Assembly (NCBI GenBank): GCA_045643205.1
Contig: JAZUKI010000003.1
Coordinates: forward strand, 96,001 to 160,000
Direction: 5' to 3'
DNA length: 64,000 nucleotides
Source of the DNA: Clostridia bacterium
Lineage (GTDB): Bacteria > Bacillota > Clostridia > TANB77 > CAG-508
The translations under genes and the position numbers were made by a program. Numbering within the stretch: position 1 is the stretch's first letter; each line of letters begins with the position of its first letter. The notes beneath the pieces are model-generated. The model had not been told where the DNA came from, made no database searches, and saw only the letters and a program-made list of their open reading frames with translations. This document shows, in pieces, positions 8,943 through 18,100 of this stretch.

Positions 8943-11882
8943 TTAGTTTTCCACTGAAGTCTCATCAGAAGGTGGAAATTCAGACTGAATTTTTTCAATC
9001 TCTTCATAATTATTATCTAAAATATCTAACCATGCAGTAGCAATTATAGGATCAAATTGTGAACCTGAACATTTTTCAATTTCAGCCTTAACTATATCTA
9101 ATGGTAAAACATTTCGATAACTTCTCTTTGATGTCATTGCATCAAAAGTATCAACTACAGTACAAATTCTAGCAATATACGGAATTTCTACACCTTTGAT
9201 TTTATCAGGATATCCATTTCCATCAAATCTCTCATGATGATATAAAACTATAGGAATAATAGAGTTAAACATTTCAGCATCACCAAAAATTTTTGCACCA
9301 ATTGTAGAATGTTTTTTTATCAATTCATACTCTTTATCATCAAGCTTGCCATTCTTTAAAAGAACAGAATCGGGAACACCAATTTTTCCAATATCATGGA
9401 ACAATCCACCAATCTTTAATGTTTTAAGAGTAGCTTCATCACAACCTAATTTCTTTCCTAGTAAAACACAATATGCAGAAACTCTATCTGAGTGACCTCT
9501 AGTATAAGGATCTTTTGCATCAACAGTTTGTTTCAAAATATTGATTGTATCTAAGTAAGCTTTTTCTAAAAGAGTTTGGCTCTTTTTCTTTTCTTCATCA
9601 AGTGCTTTTTGCGCTTGACTAGAGAAAGAAGGAGCAACTTTCAAATTCTTTTTATTTTCCTTATTGTATTTAAACAATGCTTTTAATTTACTAAAAAACA
9701 ATAATACAAAATTTCTATGTTTTCCTTTAATCTTAGCACCAGAATCATTAGAATCATTGATGTCTAAATAATCCATTTCATTCGAATTTTCTTCTATTGT
9801 ATTTTCAGCAAGTGTTGGAAACTCTTTTTCATCAACCATTTTTTCAACTACAGGATCAATAATTGAATCGCCATTTCTTGAATCAATAACTTTTACAGTA
9901 GGAGAATCCATATTTGTTGAGTCAATAACTTTTCCAGTAACAGGATCAACATTTCTTAAATCAACAACTTTTCCAGTAACAGGATCAATAATTATTGAAT
10001 TTGATTTTTTAAATTTATCTTGTTCAACTTTGTTTTCTTCAATTAATAATTTGATTTCCTTATCTATATCAACATCAATATCAGCAACAGATTTATCAGA
10101 TAAATCCATCAATTGTTTCAACACAGACATGTAATTATTTGCAATGTTATCTATTGTTTCGGCCTTAAACAAATAAGAGCGATAATTAAAATTTATTTTA
10201 TTAGTATCAGGAACAATATCTACAGTGATTAGATATTGTGAAGTGTAATTACAAATACGACTGATATCAACAATAGTATTAAGTTTTTCTTTTTCATTAA
10301 AATGATAGTTAAAACAAATATCAAACAATTGCTTATTTGAATTTACAGAAACAACATTTAAAGCTTTTGACAACTCATCTATAGGATATGATTGATGTTC
10401 TAATCCCTGTAAATAGTTTGAATTAACAGCTTTAACAAAGTCAGCAACAGAGATATTTTCATCAATAACAGTTCTTAGCGCCAATGCATTTTCATAAGGA
10501 CCAATAATTGTCTTTAAATCCTCAAGTTTTCTATTAGTTGCGGGAACCCCAACAACAATGTCATTTTGATCAGTAAATTTGTAAAGAGTAATATATAGAG
10601 CTGATAAGAAAACTGAGCTAGGTAGAACGTTATGTTCATGTGCAAATTTATTAATTTTCTTAAACTTTTCTCTACTATAATCAAACTTTAACTTTTCACC
10701 AGTATAATTTCTAGCATCATTTAAAGGATTATCATAAGGAAGATTTAATGAATCAAAATTACATCCATTAAACTTCTCAATCCAATAATTTTTATCCAAA
10801 GTAATTGCTGGACTAGCTAAATATTTTGACTCCCAAACAGAGTAATCTTTATAATCCAATGTCTCAACAGGAGCAAAACTATCAAGTGAAATCTGTTGTT
10901 CTAAAACATCTGAATTATAGTAATTCAATAATTTTTTAATAATTAACATTATTGAAAATTTATCGCATACCAATTGATGTGTATCAATTAATAACATTGA
11001 TTGATTATCATCCTCATAAAGGGCTGCTCTCAAAAGTGGAGCTTTCTCAATATTAAATGGTTTCACAAATGATTGGTATGTTTTTACTATATTTTTATCT
11101 TCAAATTTATAATTTTCTACAACTTTCAAATTAAAAGTTACTTTACTTTTTATTTTTTGTCGCAACTCAATTTTACCTTCTTCAGTTTCAGCCATGGCAA
11201 AAGATGTGCGTAAACTACTATTATTATTTAGTAAATTCTCAAAAGCAGATTGCATTTTACTTACAACTAATTTGTGATTAAAACGAATTGCATAAGGCAT
11301 ATTATAAACAGTATTAGTATCACCACATAATAAATTAGAATAATAAATTCGTTTTTGAGTTCCAGTAATAGGATAACTCTTTTGTTTTGGAACAATCTCT
11401 AAAGGAATGATATTGCGAATGTTTTTTATTTTTTGAATTTCATTTTCATACAAATAATAGACATCAGAAATTTGCGAAGAAATTTTATTTAACAATATAG
11501 AGTCACCAAAAGAAGGCGAAATGACACTTATAATTCCTCCGCCTATATTTTTTAGTTTAAAAACTACTATATCGTATAATTTATTCTCTCCTAGCAATCT
11601 ATTTGCTAGTTTTTTCGCAAGTTTATCAATTTCAGTTTTATTTTTTACACCAAATACTTTAATGTCGTATTCGGAAACATCTTTGTCTTTTGTACTAATC
11701 CTCTTAGTGAAAGCATCATTATTTTCAATGACCCATTGAATAGATTGCTTCAAATTTTCAATATTAACTTCTTGATTAAAACAAATTATCTGTTTTAAAT
11801 TATTGTCATTTTTTTGAATATCAGAAGTTCCAGATTGAGAATTTTTTTGAGGATTCTTTGATTCATACAAAGATTTCTCCAT
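8943..11882 (-). CDS. NRPS-type condensation domain fused to C-terminal HD-GYP phosphodiesterase
   Basis: YPITGTQKRIY, YNMPY, SLRTSF, PFNIEKAPLLRA, THQLVCD, DYKDYSVWE, EHQSYP (C domain); DAKDPYTRGHSDRV, HDIGK, HHERFDGNGYP, DAMTSKRSYR (HD-GYP). Confidence 0.85.
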   Translation of the reverse strand: MEKSLYESKNPQKNSQSGTSDIQKNDNNLKQIICFNQEVNIENLKQSIQWVIENNDAFTKRISTKDKDVSEYDIKVFGVKNKTEIDKLAKKLANRLLGENKLYDIVVFKLKNIGGGIISVISPSFGDSILLNKISSQISDVYYLYENEIQKIKNIRNIIPLEIVPKQKSYPITGTQKRIYYSNLLCGDTNTVYNMPYAIRFNHKLVVSKMQSAFENLLNNNSSLRTSFAMAETEEGKIELRQKIKSKVTFNLKVVENYKFEDKNIVKTYQSFVKPFNIEKAPLLRAALYEDDNQSMLLIDTHQLVCDKFSIMLIIKKLLNYYNSDVLEQQISLDSFAPVETLDYKDYSVWESKYLASPAITLDKNYWIEKFNGCNFDSLNLPYDNPLNDARNYTGEKLKFDYSREKFKKINKFAHEHNVLPSSVFLSALYITLYKFTDQNDIVVGVPATNRKLEDLKTIIGPYENALALRTVIDENISVADFVKAVNSNYLQGLEHQSYPIDELSKALNVVSVNSNKQLFDICFNYHFNEKEKLNTIVDISRICNYTSQYLITVDIVPDTNKINFNYRSYLFKAETIDNIANNYMSVLKQLMDLSDKSVADIDVDIDKEIKLLIEENKVEQDKFKKSNSIIIDPVTGKVVDLRNVDPVTGKVIDSTNMDSPTVKVIDSRNGDSIIDPVVEKMVDEKEFPTLAENTIEENSNEMDYLDINDSNDSGAKIKGKHRNFVLLFFSKLKALFKYNKENKKNLKVAPSFSSQAQKALDEEKKKSQTLLEKAYLDTINILKQTVDAKDPYTRGHSDRVSAYCVLLGKKLGCDEATLKTLKIGGLFHDIGKIGVPDSVLLKNGKLDDKEYELIKKHSTIGAKIFGDAEMFNSIIPIVLYHHERFDGNGYPDKIKGVEIPYIARICTVVDTFDAMTSKRSYRNVLPLDIVKAEIEKCSGSQFDPIIATAWLDILDNNYEEIEKIQSEFPPSDETSVEN
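9830..9998 (-). repeat. 39-bp (13-aa) intragenic tandem repeat, about 3-4 copies (DPVTGKVxD)
   Basis: TCAA(T/C)AACTTTT(A/C)CAGTA units start at 9883, 9922 and 9961. Confidence 0.85.
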
Positions 11883-12059
11883 GTGAGACCCTCACTTAAT
11901 AAAACTATAATTTTTACAGCCTAATTATATGACCAAAGGCCTCAAAAGTCAACGGATTAGAACATTAGAACAATTGATTTTTAGCAGAAAATATGATATA
12001 ACAAATGCTATGTTTCAAGTAGTACCATACACATATTAAGAGCAACAAGGAGGTTCAAC

Positions 12060-12419
12060 ATGAAAAAAACAAAATATGTGTGCAGTATGTGTGGAAAAAG
12101 AAAAGTAAAACTTTGGATTCCATATGAATTCAATCCACTTTTGCTAATTTGTGCAGAATGCGCAGAAAAAAAGCAAATAAAGCATAAGGACATACCTGAA
12201 TGGCGAGAGGATGATAATGGAAAAATTCCAATATTCATGAATGGAAACAAAACGGTACTGGAGACAGATCAACTTGTAGTTGATTTATCCGACAATGGAG
12301 GTAGTAAAAAAGAAACTCTAATTCCTGCCTGCATAAAAGACGATAGTCCTACATTCTGTAAATATGCAGAAATATCAACAGAAGAAGAGGACAATTGGAG
12401 GAAACTTCCAACACGTTAA
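12060..12419 (+). CDS. Hypothetical protein with two CxxC pairs (putative zinc finger)
   Basis: AAGGAGG RBS, CSMC...CAEC, own promoter and downstream terminator (12420-12464). Confidence 0.7.
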   Translation: MKKTKYVCSMCGKRKVKLWIPYEFNPLLLICAECAEKKQIKHKDIPEWREDDNGKIPIFMNGNKTVLETDQLVVDLSDNGGSKKETLIPACIKDDSPTFCKYAEISTEEEDNWRKLPTR

Positions 12420-12555
12420 AAAAGAGCAACTGTAAAATCTTAATAGATTTACAGTTGCTTTTTTACATACCAGTACTTATACAAAATTATATATTTCTAA
12501 TTTTAATTTATAAATTCTAATTTATAATTTTTAAATTTATCAGTAATGATTAAAT

Positions 12556-14109
12556 TTATTTAAAGAACTTTTTAAAAATTGAATTTAGGCCTTTATTTAT
12601 AGCTTTATCTACAGCTTTATTAGCTACTTTTTTACCAAGCTTGTATTCTACTGAATTTTTTCTCTTCTTTTCAGCTTCTTTTTCTTCTTTCTCTTTTGCT
12701 TTCTTTTCTTCAGCTTCCTTTTTAGCTTGTTCTTTTTCTTCTTTTTCTTTTTGCTTTTGCTCTTCAGCTTCTCGTTTAGCTTGTTCTTGCTCTTCTTTTA
12801 TTTTAGCTTCTTCAGCTTGTTGTTCTTCAATTTTTTTATTAATAATCTCATGAGCAGATTCATTATCAATTGCCTCTTCATATTTTCCGGCAATAATACT
12901 GCTATTAATTATTTTGTTTCTTGATAAATCATCAATTACTCCCATTTTACTTTGAGGTGGAAGTATAGTAACTTTTTCAACAATTTCAGGTTCACCTTTT
13001 TCATTTTGAAAACTTATTAGGGCTTCTCCTGTTCCTAAATTTAAAATAGCTTCTTCTGTATTAAAGCTAGGATTTGTTCTAAAACCATCAGCTGCAGCTT
13101 TTACTACTTTTTGTTCAGCAGGAGTAAAAGCTCTTAAATTATGTTGAATTTTATTTCCTAATTGTCCAAGTATTTCACTAGGAATATCTGTTGGATTTTG
13201 AGAAATAAAGTATAAACCAATTCCTCTAGATCTAATTAATTTAACAATTTGAACAATTTGTTTTAATCTATATGCTGGCATATCAGCAAAAACTAAATGT
13301 GCTTCATCAAAGAAAAAAGCTATTTTTGGTTTATCCATATCTCCAACTTCAGGAAGGGTATTAAACAAATCAGTTAAAAGCCATAACATAAATGATGCAT
13401 ATAAATCAGGACTTCTAAACAATTCAACTGCATGAAGAATATTTATAAAACCTTTACCATTATTATCAACAGCAATAAAATCATGAATATCAAGTTCGGG
13501 TTCACCGAAAAATTTATCAGCACCTTGATTTTCAAGAGCTAATAAACTTCTTTGAATAACGCCAACTGATTGAGTTGTAACATTTCCATATTGAGTTGTA
13601 TATTGTTGTCTATTATCTCCAACATATTGTAATGCTGTTTTTAAATCTTTAAGATCAATTAATGGTAAATTTTCATCTTTTGCAACTCTAAATACGATTT
13701 CTAGAACACCTTCTTGAGCTTCAGTTAAGCCTAACATTATTGAAAGGATGCTAGCTCCAACAGTTGAAACTTTAGTTCTAATTGGATGTCCGTTTTGTCC
13801 ATATATATCCCAGAACCTAACTGGGAAAGCTTTTACATCAAAGTTTTCTAGTTTTAAAGTTTCTACTCTTTTAGAAACAGCTTCACTCATTTCGCCTGAC
13901 AAAGCTGTTCCCTCAATATCACCTTTAACATCAGCTAAAAAAACAGGAACACCGGCATCTGAAAAACTTTCAGCCATAACTTTTGCGGTAATTGTTTTTC
14001 CAGTACCTGAAGCACCAGTAATAAGACCATGTCTATTAGCCATTTGAGGTAGTAAACAGACTTCTTTTTCTTCGTTTTTTCCAATTAATAATTTGCCATT
14101 GGCGTACAT
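12556..14109 (-). CDS. DUF853/YjgR family HerA-like P-loop ATPase
   Basis: MANRHGLITGASGTGKT, ADVKGD, FFFDEAH, IRSRGIG, LGNKIQHNLRAFTP. Confidence 0.92.
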   Translation of the reverse strand: MYANGKLLIGKNEEKEVCLLPQMANRHGLITGASGTGKTITAKVMAESFSDAGVPVFLADVKGDIEGTALSGEMSEAVSKRVETLKLENFDVKAFPVRFWDIYGQNGHPIRTKVSTVGASILSIMLGLTEAQEGVLEIVFRVAKDENLPLIDLKDLKTALQYVGDNRQQYTTQYGNVTTQSVGVIQRSLLALENQGADKFFGEPELDIHDFIAVDNNGKGFINILHAVELFRSPDLYASFMLWLLTDLFNTLPEVGDMDKPKIAFFFDEAHLVFADMPAYRLKQIVQIVKLIRSRGIGLYFISQNPTDIPSEILGQLGNKIQHNLRAFTPAEQKVVKAAADGFRTNPSFNTEEAILNLGTGEALISFQNEKGEPEIVEKVTILPPQSKMGVIDDLSRNKIINSSIIAGKYEEAIDNESAHEIINKKIEEQQAEEAKIKEEQEQAKREAEEQKQKEKEEKEQAKKEAEEKKAKEKEEKEAEKKRKNSVEYKLGKKVANKAVDKAINKGLNSIFKKFFK

Positions 14110-14119
14110 AATTAACCTC

Positions 14120-16615
14120 CTAGTTATCTATTGTTTCTTGTTTTTGAATAATATTATTTTCTCTTTTTGATAATTCTTGTATATATTCATGTTCTAAATC
14201 TTTAGCATCATGTAATGATTGTTGCTTTTCTAAATCTTGAGTTATTAAACTTTCTAATTTTTTTTCTTTACTATTTCGCAAAGCATCTTTGTTATCATCA
14301 ATCCGCTTAACAATTTCTAATATTTCAGGTAAATCTGGATGATCTTCTATATATTTAGCCTTTTCATCTTCGGTTTGTAATTCTCTATAAGGCTTTATTA
14401 CCAGTTGCCTAATTTTATTTAATGACATTCCTAATTTTTTTTCTTCTTCATTTTTAGAAGTTCGTGATGGAGGCTTAGTAGTATTTCTTGTTTCCATCCA
14501 TTCTTTAATTAGTCTTGCATTCACTAAATAAAGAGAAATATTATTATCATCAATCTGTTTAATAATTTCTAATATTTCAGGTAAATCTGGATGATCTTCT
14601 ATATATTTAGCCTTTTCATCTTCGGTTTGTAAGTTTCTGTAAGGCTTTATTACATCTTGCCTAATAGAACTTAATGATTTTCCTAATTTTTTTTCTTCTT
14701 CATTTTTTGAAATTTGTGATGGAGGCTTAGTAGTATTTCTTGTTTCCATCCATTCTTTAATTAGTCTTGCATTCACTAAAGAAGGAGAAATATTATTATC
14801 ATCAATCCATTTAATAATTTCTAATATTTCAGGTAAATCTGGATGATCTTCTATATATTTAGTCTTTTCATCTTCGGTTTGTAAGTTTCTATAAGGCTTT
14901 ATTACCAGGTGCCTAATAGAACTTAATGATTTTCCTAATTTTTTTTCTTCTTCATTTTTTGAAGTTTGTGATGGAGGCTTAGTAGTATTTCTTGTTTCCA
15001 TCCATTCTTTAATTAGTTTTGTATTCACTAAAGAAGGAGAAATATTATTATCATCAATCCATTTAATAATTTCTAATATTTCAGGTAAATCTGGATGATC
15101 TTCTATATATTTAGCCTTTTTATCTTCGGTTTGTAATTCTCTATAAGGCTTTATTATCAGTTGCCTAATATTATTTAATGATATTCCTAATTTTTTTTCT
15201 TCTTCATTTTTTGAAATAGAAGTTGGAGGCTTAGTAGTATTTCTTGTTTTCATCCATTCTTTACTTAGTCTTGCATTCACTAAATAAGGAGACTCATCTT
15301 TTGGTGTTGCCATTACCTTACTTAATAATTCTATAAAATCCTTGGTTTCACCTTGTATTCTAAAAACACCAATATCTTCAATATCATAATCATCTAGATT
15401 TCTAACATTAGTATTAAAGTTAGATTTATTATTGCTAGTTAAGCCATTTTGTCTGTGATTTATTTCATAATCTAAATTAGTTGTTAAATAATTATTTACT
15501 AAATCAAAAACTATTGTCTGATCTTTTGATGGGTCAGAAGACAAAGCTCTTCCTAATTGTTGTAAATATATTAGTCTAGAACTAGTTGGTCTAGCCATTA
15601 TTACTCCTGATATATTTTCAACATGTAATCCCTCATTTAACATATCTACAGAGAATAACAATTTTAAATGTTGTGATTTTGAATTCTCAAAATTTTTAAT
15701 AGTATTAGAATTTTCTTTATCAGTATAACCTTCTCCAGAATAAACTGAATATATTTCAGGTTCAGAATCAATTGAACCAAACCATTCATTGACTTTGTTT
15801 ATTAATTCATCCATATGTTGTTTATCTTTACAAAAAACAATATATTTTCCATCTTTCTTTTCTATGTTTTTTCTAAAAAGTTCAGGGATGTCATCAGCAT
15901 TATCAACGATTCTTCTCATCTTTTCATATAGTTTTTCTAACTCTTTTTTTGTTTGTTCATCATAACAATTATCTATAGCTGACCTAACATTTTCCAATTG
16001 ATAATCTAGTGCATAATCGCATTTTACATATTTAGGAGTTTTAACAATTCTATTTCTTAATGCTTCAACTAAGGTTAATTCATAATTAATAGTACCTTCA
16101 AATAGATTATCAATGATATTAATATCATCCATTCTATCAGGAGTTGCTGTTAAACCTAAAATTTTAGCATTTGGATTTTTATCAAGTAAAGTGTTAACAC
16201 GTTCTCCCCATTTATCTGCCCCAGTTCTATGTAGTTCATCCATAATTATAAAATCAGCTTGTATTTTTTCTAGTAACTGATCGGGAATTCTAAGCAAAGC
16301 TGGATATAGATGTATTTTTAAATGTGGAAAATATTCTTCAGCTATTTGTATTGCTGATTTTCCAACTGGTTTTATGCCTACAATATATTCAGCAATATAA
16401 TTATACATTTGATTTCTTATTGCACGAGTAGGCGCTAAAAATAAAATGTTTTTATCTTTATTATCTGCCATAAGTTGCAATGAAACGAAAGATTTTCCAC
16501 AACCAGTAGGCATTACAACAGAAGCTTTGTTATTATATTGATATGCTTCTTGTACTGCTTTATAAGCATCCTGTTGATGTGGTTGTAGTCCTTGTAAATC
16601 ATTTGCGATTATCAT
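14120..16615 (-). CDS. SF2 DExH helicase (ResIII/SSL2-like) with four C-terminal helicase-associated-like repeats
   Basis: PTGCGKS, DELH, GLTATPDR, MLNEGLH, QQLGRAL motifs; 4 x 84-aa repeats. Confidence 0.88.
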   Translation of the reverse strand: MIIANDLQGLQPHQQDAYKAVQEAYQYNNKASVVMPTGCGKSFVSLQLMADNKDKNILFLAPTRAIRNQMYNYIAEYIVGIKPVGKSAIQIAEEYFPHLKIHLYPALLRIPDQLLEKIQADFIIMDELHRTGADKWGERVNTLLDKNPNAKILGLTATPDRMDDINIIDNLFEGTINYELTLVEALRNRIVKTPKYVKCDYALDYQLENVRSAIDNCYDEQTKKELEKLYEKMRRIVDNADDIPELFRKNIEKKDGKYIVFCKDKQHMDELINKVNEWFGSIDSEPEIYSVYSGEGYTDKENSNTIKNFENSKSQHLKLLFSVDMLNEGLHVENISGVIMARPTSSRLIYLQQLGRALSSDPSKDQTIVFDLVNNYLTTNLDYEINHRQNGLTSNNKSNFNTNVRNLDDYDIEDIGVFRIQGETKDFIELLSKVMATPKDESPYLVNARLSKEWMKTRNTTKPPTSISKNEEEKKLGISLNNIRQLIIKPYRELQTEDKKAKYIEDHPDLPEILEIIKWIDDNNISPSLVNTKLIKEWMETRNTTKPPSQTSKNEEEKKLGKSLSSIRHLVIKPYRNLQTEDEKTKYIEDHPDLPEILEIIKWIDDNNISPSLVNARLIKEWMETRNTTKPPSQISKNEEEKKLGKSLSSIRQDVIKPYRNLQTEDEKAKYIEDHPDLPEILEIIKQIDDNNISLYLVNARLIKEWMETRNTTKPPSRTSKNEEEKKLGMSLNKIRQLVIKPYRELQTEDEKAKYIEDHPDLPEILEIVKRIDDNKDALRNSKEKKLESLITQDLEKQQSLHDAKDLEHEYIQELSKRENNIIQKQETIDN
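14290..15290 (-). repeat. Four near-identical 252-bp tandem repeats within the helicase gene
   Basis: TCTGGATGATC recurs at 14334, 14586, 14838 and 15090 (period 252). Confidence 0.95.
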
Positions 16616-16635
16616 AATACCTCCGATTTTATTTG

Positions 16636-16998
16636 CTACTCTTGTTTTAACTCTTTTTGCATAGAAATAATATGCTGTTTTATTCTTAATAATTCATTAT
16701 CTATATTTGTAATATCTTTTGAAAAATAATCAATCATGTCATCAATTTCATTATCTTCTAGATCACTAGGACTAAGTTCATCACAAAGAAGTTTTTTTGC
16801 TAAAGATTGTTTTTGATTTTCTATTTCAAATTTAAGCTTTAAATCATTATTAGTAATAATGTTATTATTAGGTATACTGTTTGTAGAAGAATTATAAAAA
16901 TCTTTATTATTATTATTTTTTTCTTTTAAAAATATAGTTCTAAAAAAATTTTTTATTCGATACCACAAATTATTTGTTGGAACTAATTTATTATTCAT
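16636..16998 (-). CDS. Hypothetical protein (N-terminal amphipathic helix, C-terminal coiled coil)
   Basis: 120-aa ORF with AAGGAG RBS, directly upstream of the helicase. Confidence 0.7.
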   Translation of the reverse strand: MNNKLVPTNNLWYRIKNFFRTIFLKEKNNNNKDFYNSSTNSIPNNNIITNNDLKLKFEIENQKQSLAKKLLCDELSPSDLEDNEIDDMIDYFSKDITNIDNELLRIKQHIISMQKELKQE

Positions 16999-17162
16999 TA
17001 AAATTTACTCCTTGCTTTTGTATATCATTATTTTCTCTTTTTGATAATTCTTTTTAAAACTCATATTTTATATATACAATAATTCAGTTTAATTATATCA
17101 TAAATAAAAAAAGAAAACCCCTTACGGGGGATAAAGAAAAAAATATTTTCTTTTTTTATGGC

Positions 17163-17600
17163 TTAAATAAGGGAGAGCAAATCCCAGATCCATACATCAA
17201 TGCCATAGCCTGCATTGGATAAAAGAACTGCAAAATTGCTTCCAGCTGCCACCACTAATTCTGGGTTGGCAGCTTCAAGTTTTTTCATGGTCTCCATAAT
17301 ATCAACTAACATTTGTTTGTTCGAAGCACCATTGTGAATTTGGTGAATTTTAACTTTTTCAGGTTGTGCAGCTTTTTTAATTATTGCTGCAAGCAAACTG
17401 TAGGCAAGTGGATCTTCTGTAAAAACTTTATTACAGGTATCCACGTCGATTGGCGTTTCATTTTCTTCTTCAGTAGCATATACAACTACTGATCCAAAAA
17501 CGTCCCAAAGGCCAATAAGCCGTGAGTCAAAATTGCCTTCCCAAAGTTTGCGACAAATAGTGTTGTTTGGGCAGTACCCTTCATGTTCCCATTTAGCCAT
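17163..17600 (-). CDS. Hypothetical protein
   Basis: 145-aa ORF, AGGAGG RBS, own promoter and terminator. Confidence 0.7.
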   Translation of the reverse strand: MAKWEHEGYCPNNTICRKLWEGNFDSRLIGLWDVFGSVVVYATEEENETPIDVDTCNKVFTEDPLAYSLLAAIIKKAAQPEKVKIHQIHNGASNKQMLVDIMETMKKLEAANPELVVAAGSNFAVLLSNAGYGIDVWIWDLLSLI

Positions 17601-17692
17601 TTTTTTACCTCCTGAGGAATTATCCTCGATTTAAATTTCAGCCTTACAATATAGTGTAAGGAGGTGATGCATAAAAAATTTACATCACTTAT

Positions 17693-17721
17693 ATTATATA
17701 ATATTTAACATAATTTGTCAA
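17693..17721 (-). promoter_or_regulatory. Sigma-A promoter for the 17163-17600 gene
   Basis: Minus strand TTGACA (17716-17721), 17 nt, TATAAT (17693-17698). Confidence 0.75.
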
Positions 17722-17894
17722 AATTTACCTATTTAAAAACACGAAAACACTAGATATATTGGAAAAACTAAAAAATGTTTCAAACCAAATAAAAAATGCA
17801 ATAGTAGCGAATAAAAACAATTTCTATTGCATTACTATTGCATATAATAAAAAATGAACCCAAGCATTTACAAACACTTACAGGGCTCATAAAT

Positions 17895-17971
17895 TGGTGC
17901 GACCGAAGGGATTCGAACCCCCAACCTTTTGGTTCGTAGCCAAATGCGCTATCCAGTTACGCCACGGTCAC
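17895..17971 (-). tRNA. tRNA-Arg(ACG)
   Basis: GTGACCGTGGCGTAACTGGATAGCGC...CT-ACG-AA...GGTTCGAATCC...ACCA. Confidence 0.95.
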
Positions 17972-18100
17972 ATAACAACAATGATTATACTATTATTTGT
18001 AGCATTTTTCAATATGCTATATTTCAAATGATGAAAATTTGTTGAAAAATGTGAAATTATTATATATAATAGACCCAATTGTGAAAATAAGGAGAATGTA

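Noticed and set aside
8943-11882. NRPS biosynthetic gene cluster
   Set aside because: No adenylation, thiolation, thioesterase or tailoring genes in the window
12038-12430. 9-bp direct repeat AAGAGCAAC flanking the zinc-finger orphan
   Set aside because: Too short, and the second copy is part of the terminator stem; no terminal inverted repeats
12556-16615. SF2 helicase plus HerA-like ATPase as a known HerA defence system
   Set aside because: The ATPase is a typical widespread DUF853/YjgR; no SIR2 or nuclease partner; adjacency is explained by cassette insertion
17703-17730. TTATGTTAAAT (XerD-arm-like) on the minus strand; similar TTATGTAAAC near 53952
   Set aside because: No matching XerC arm at 6-bp spacing; the first lies within a promoter spacer
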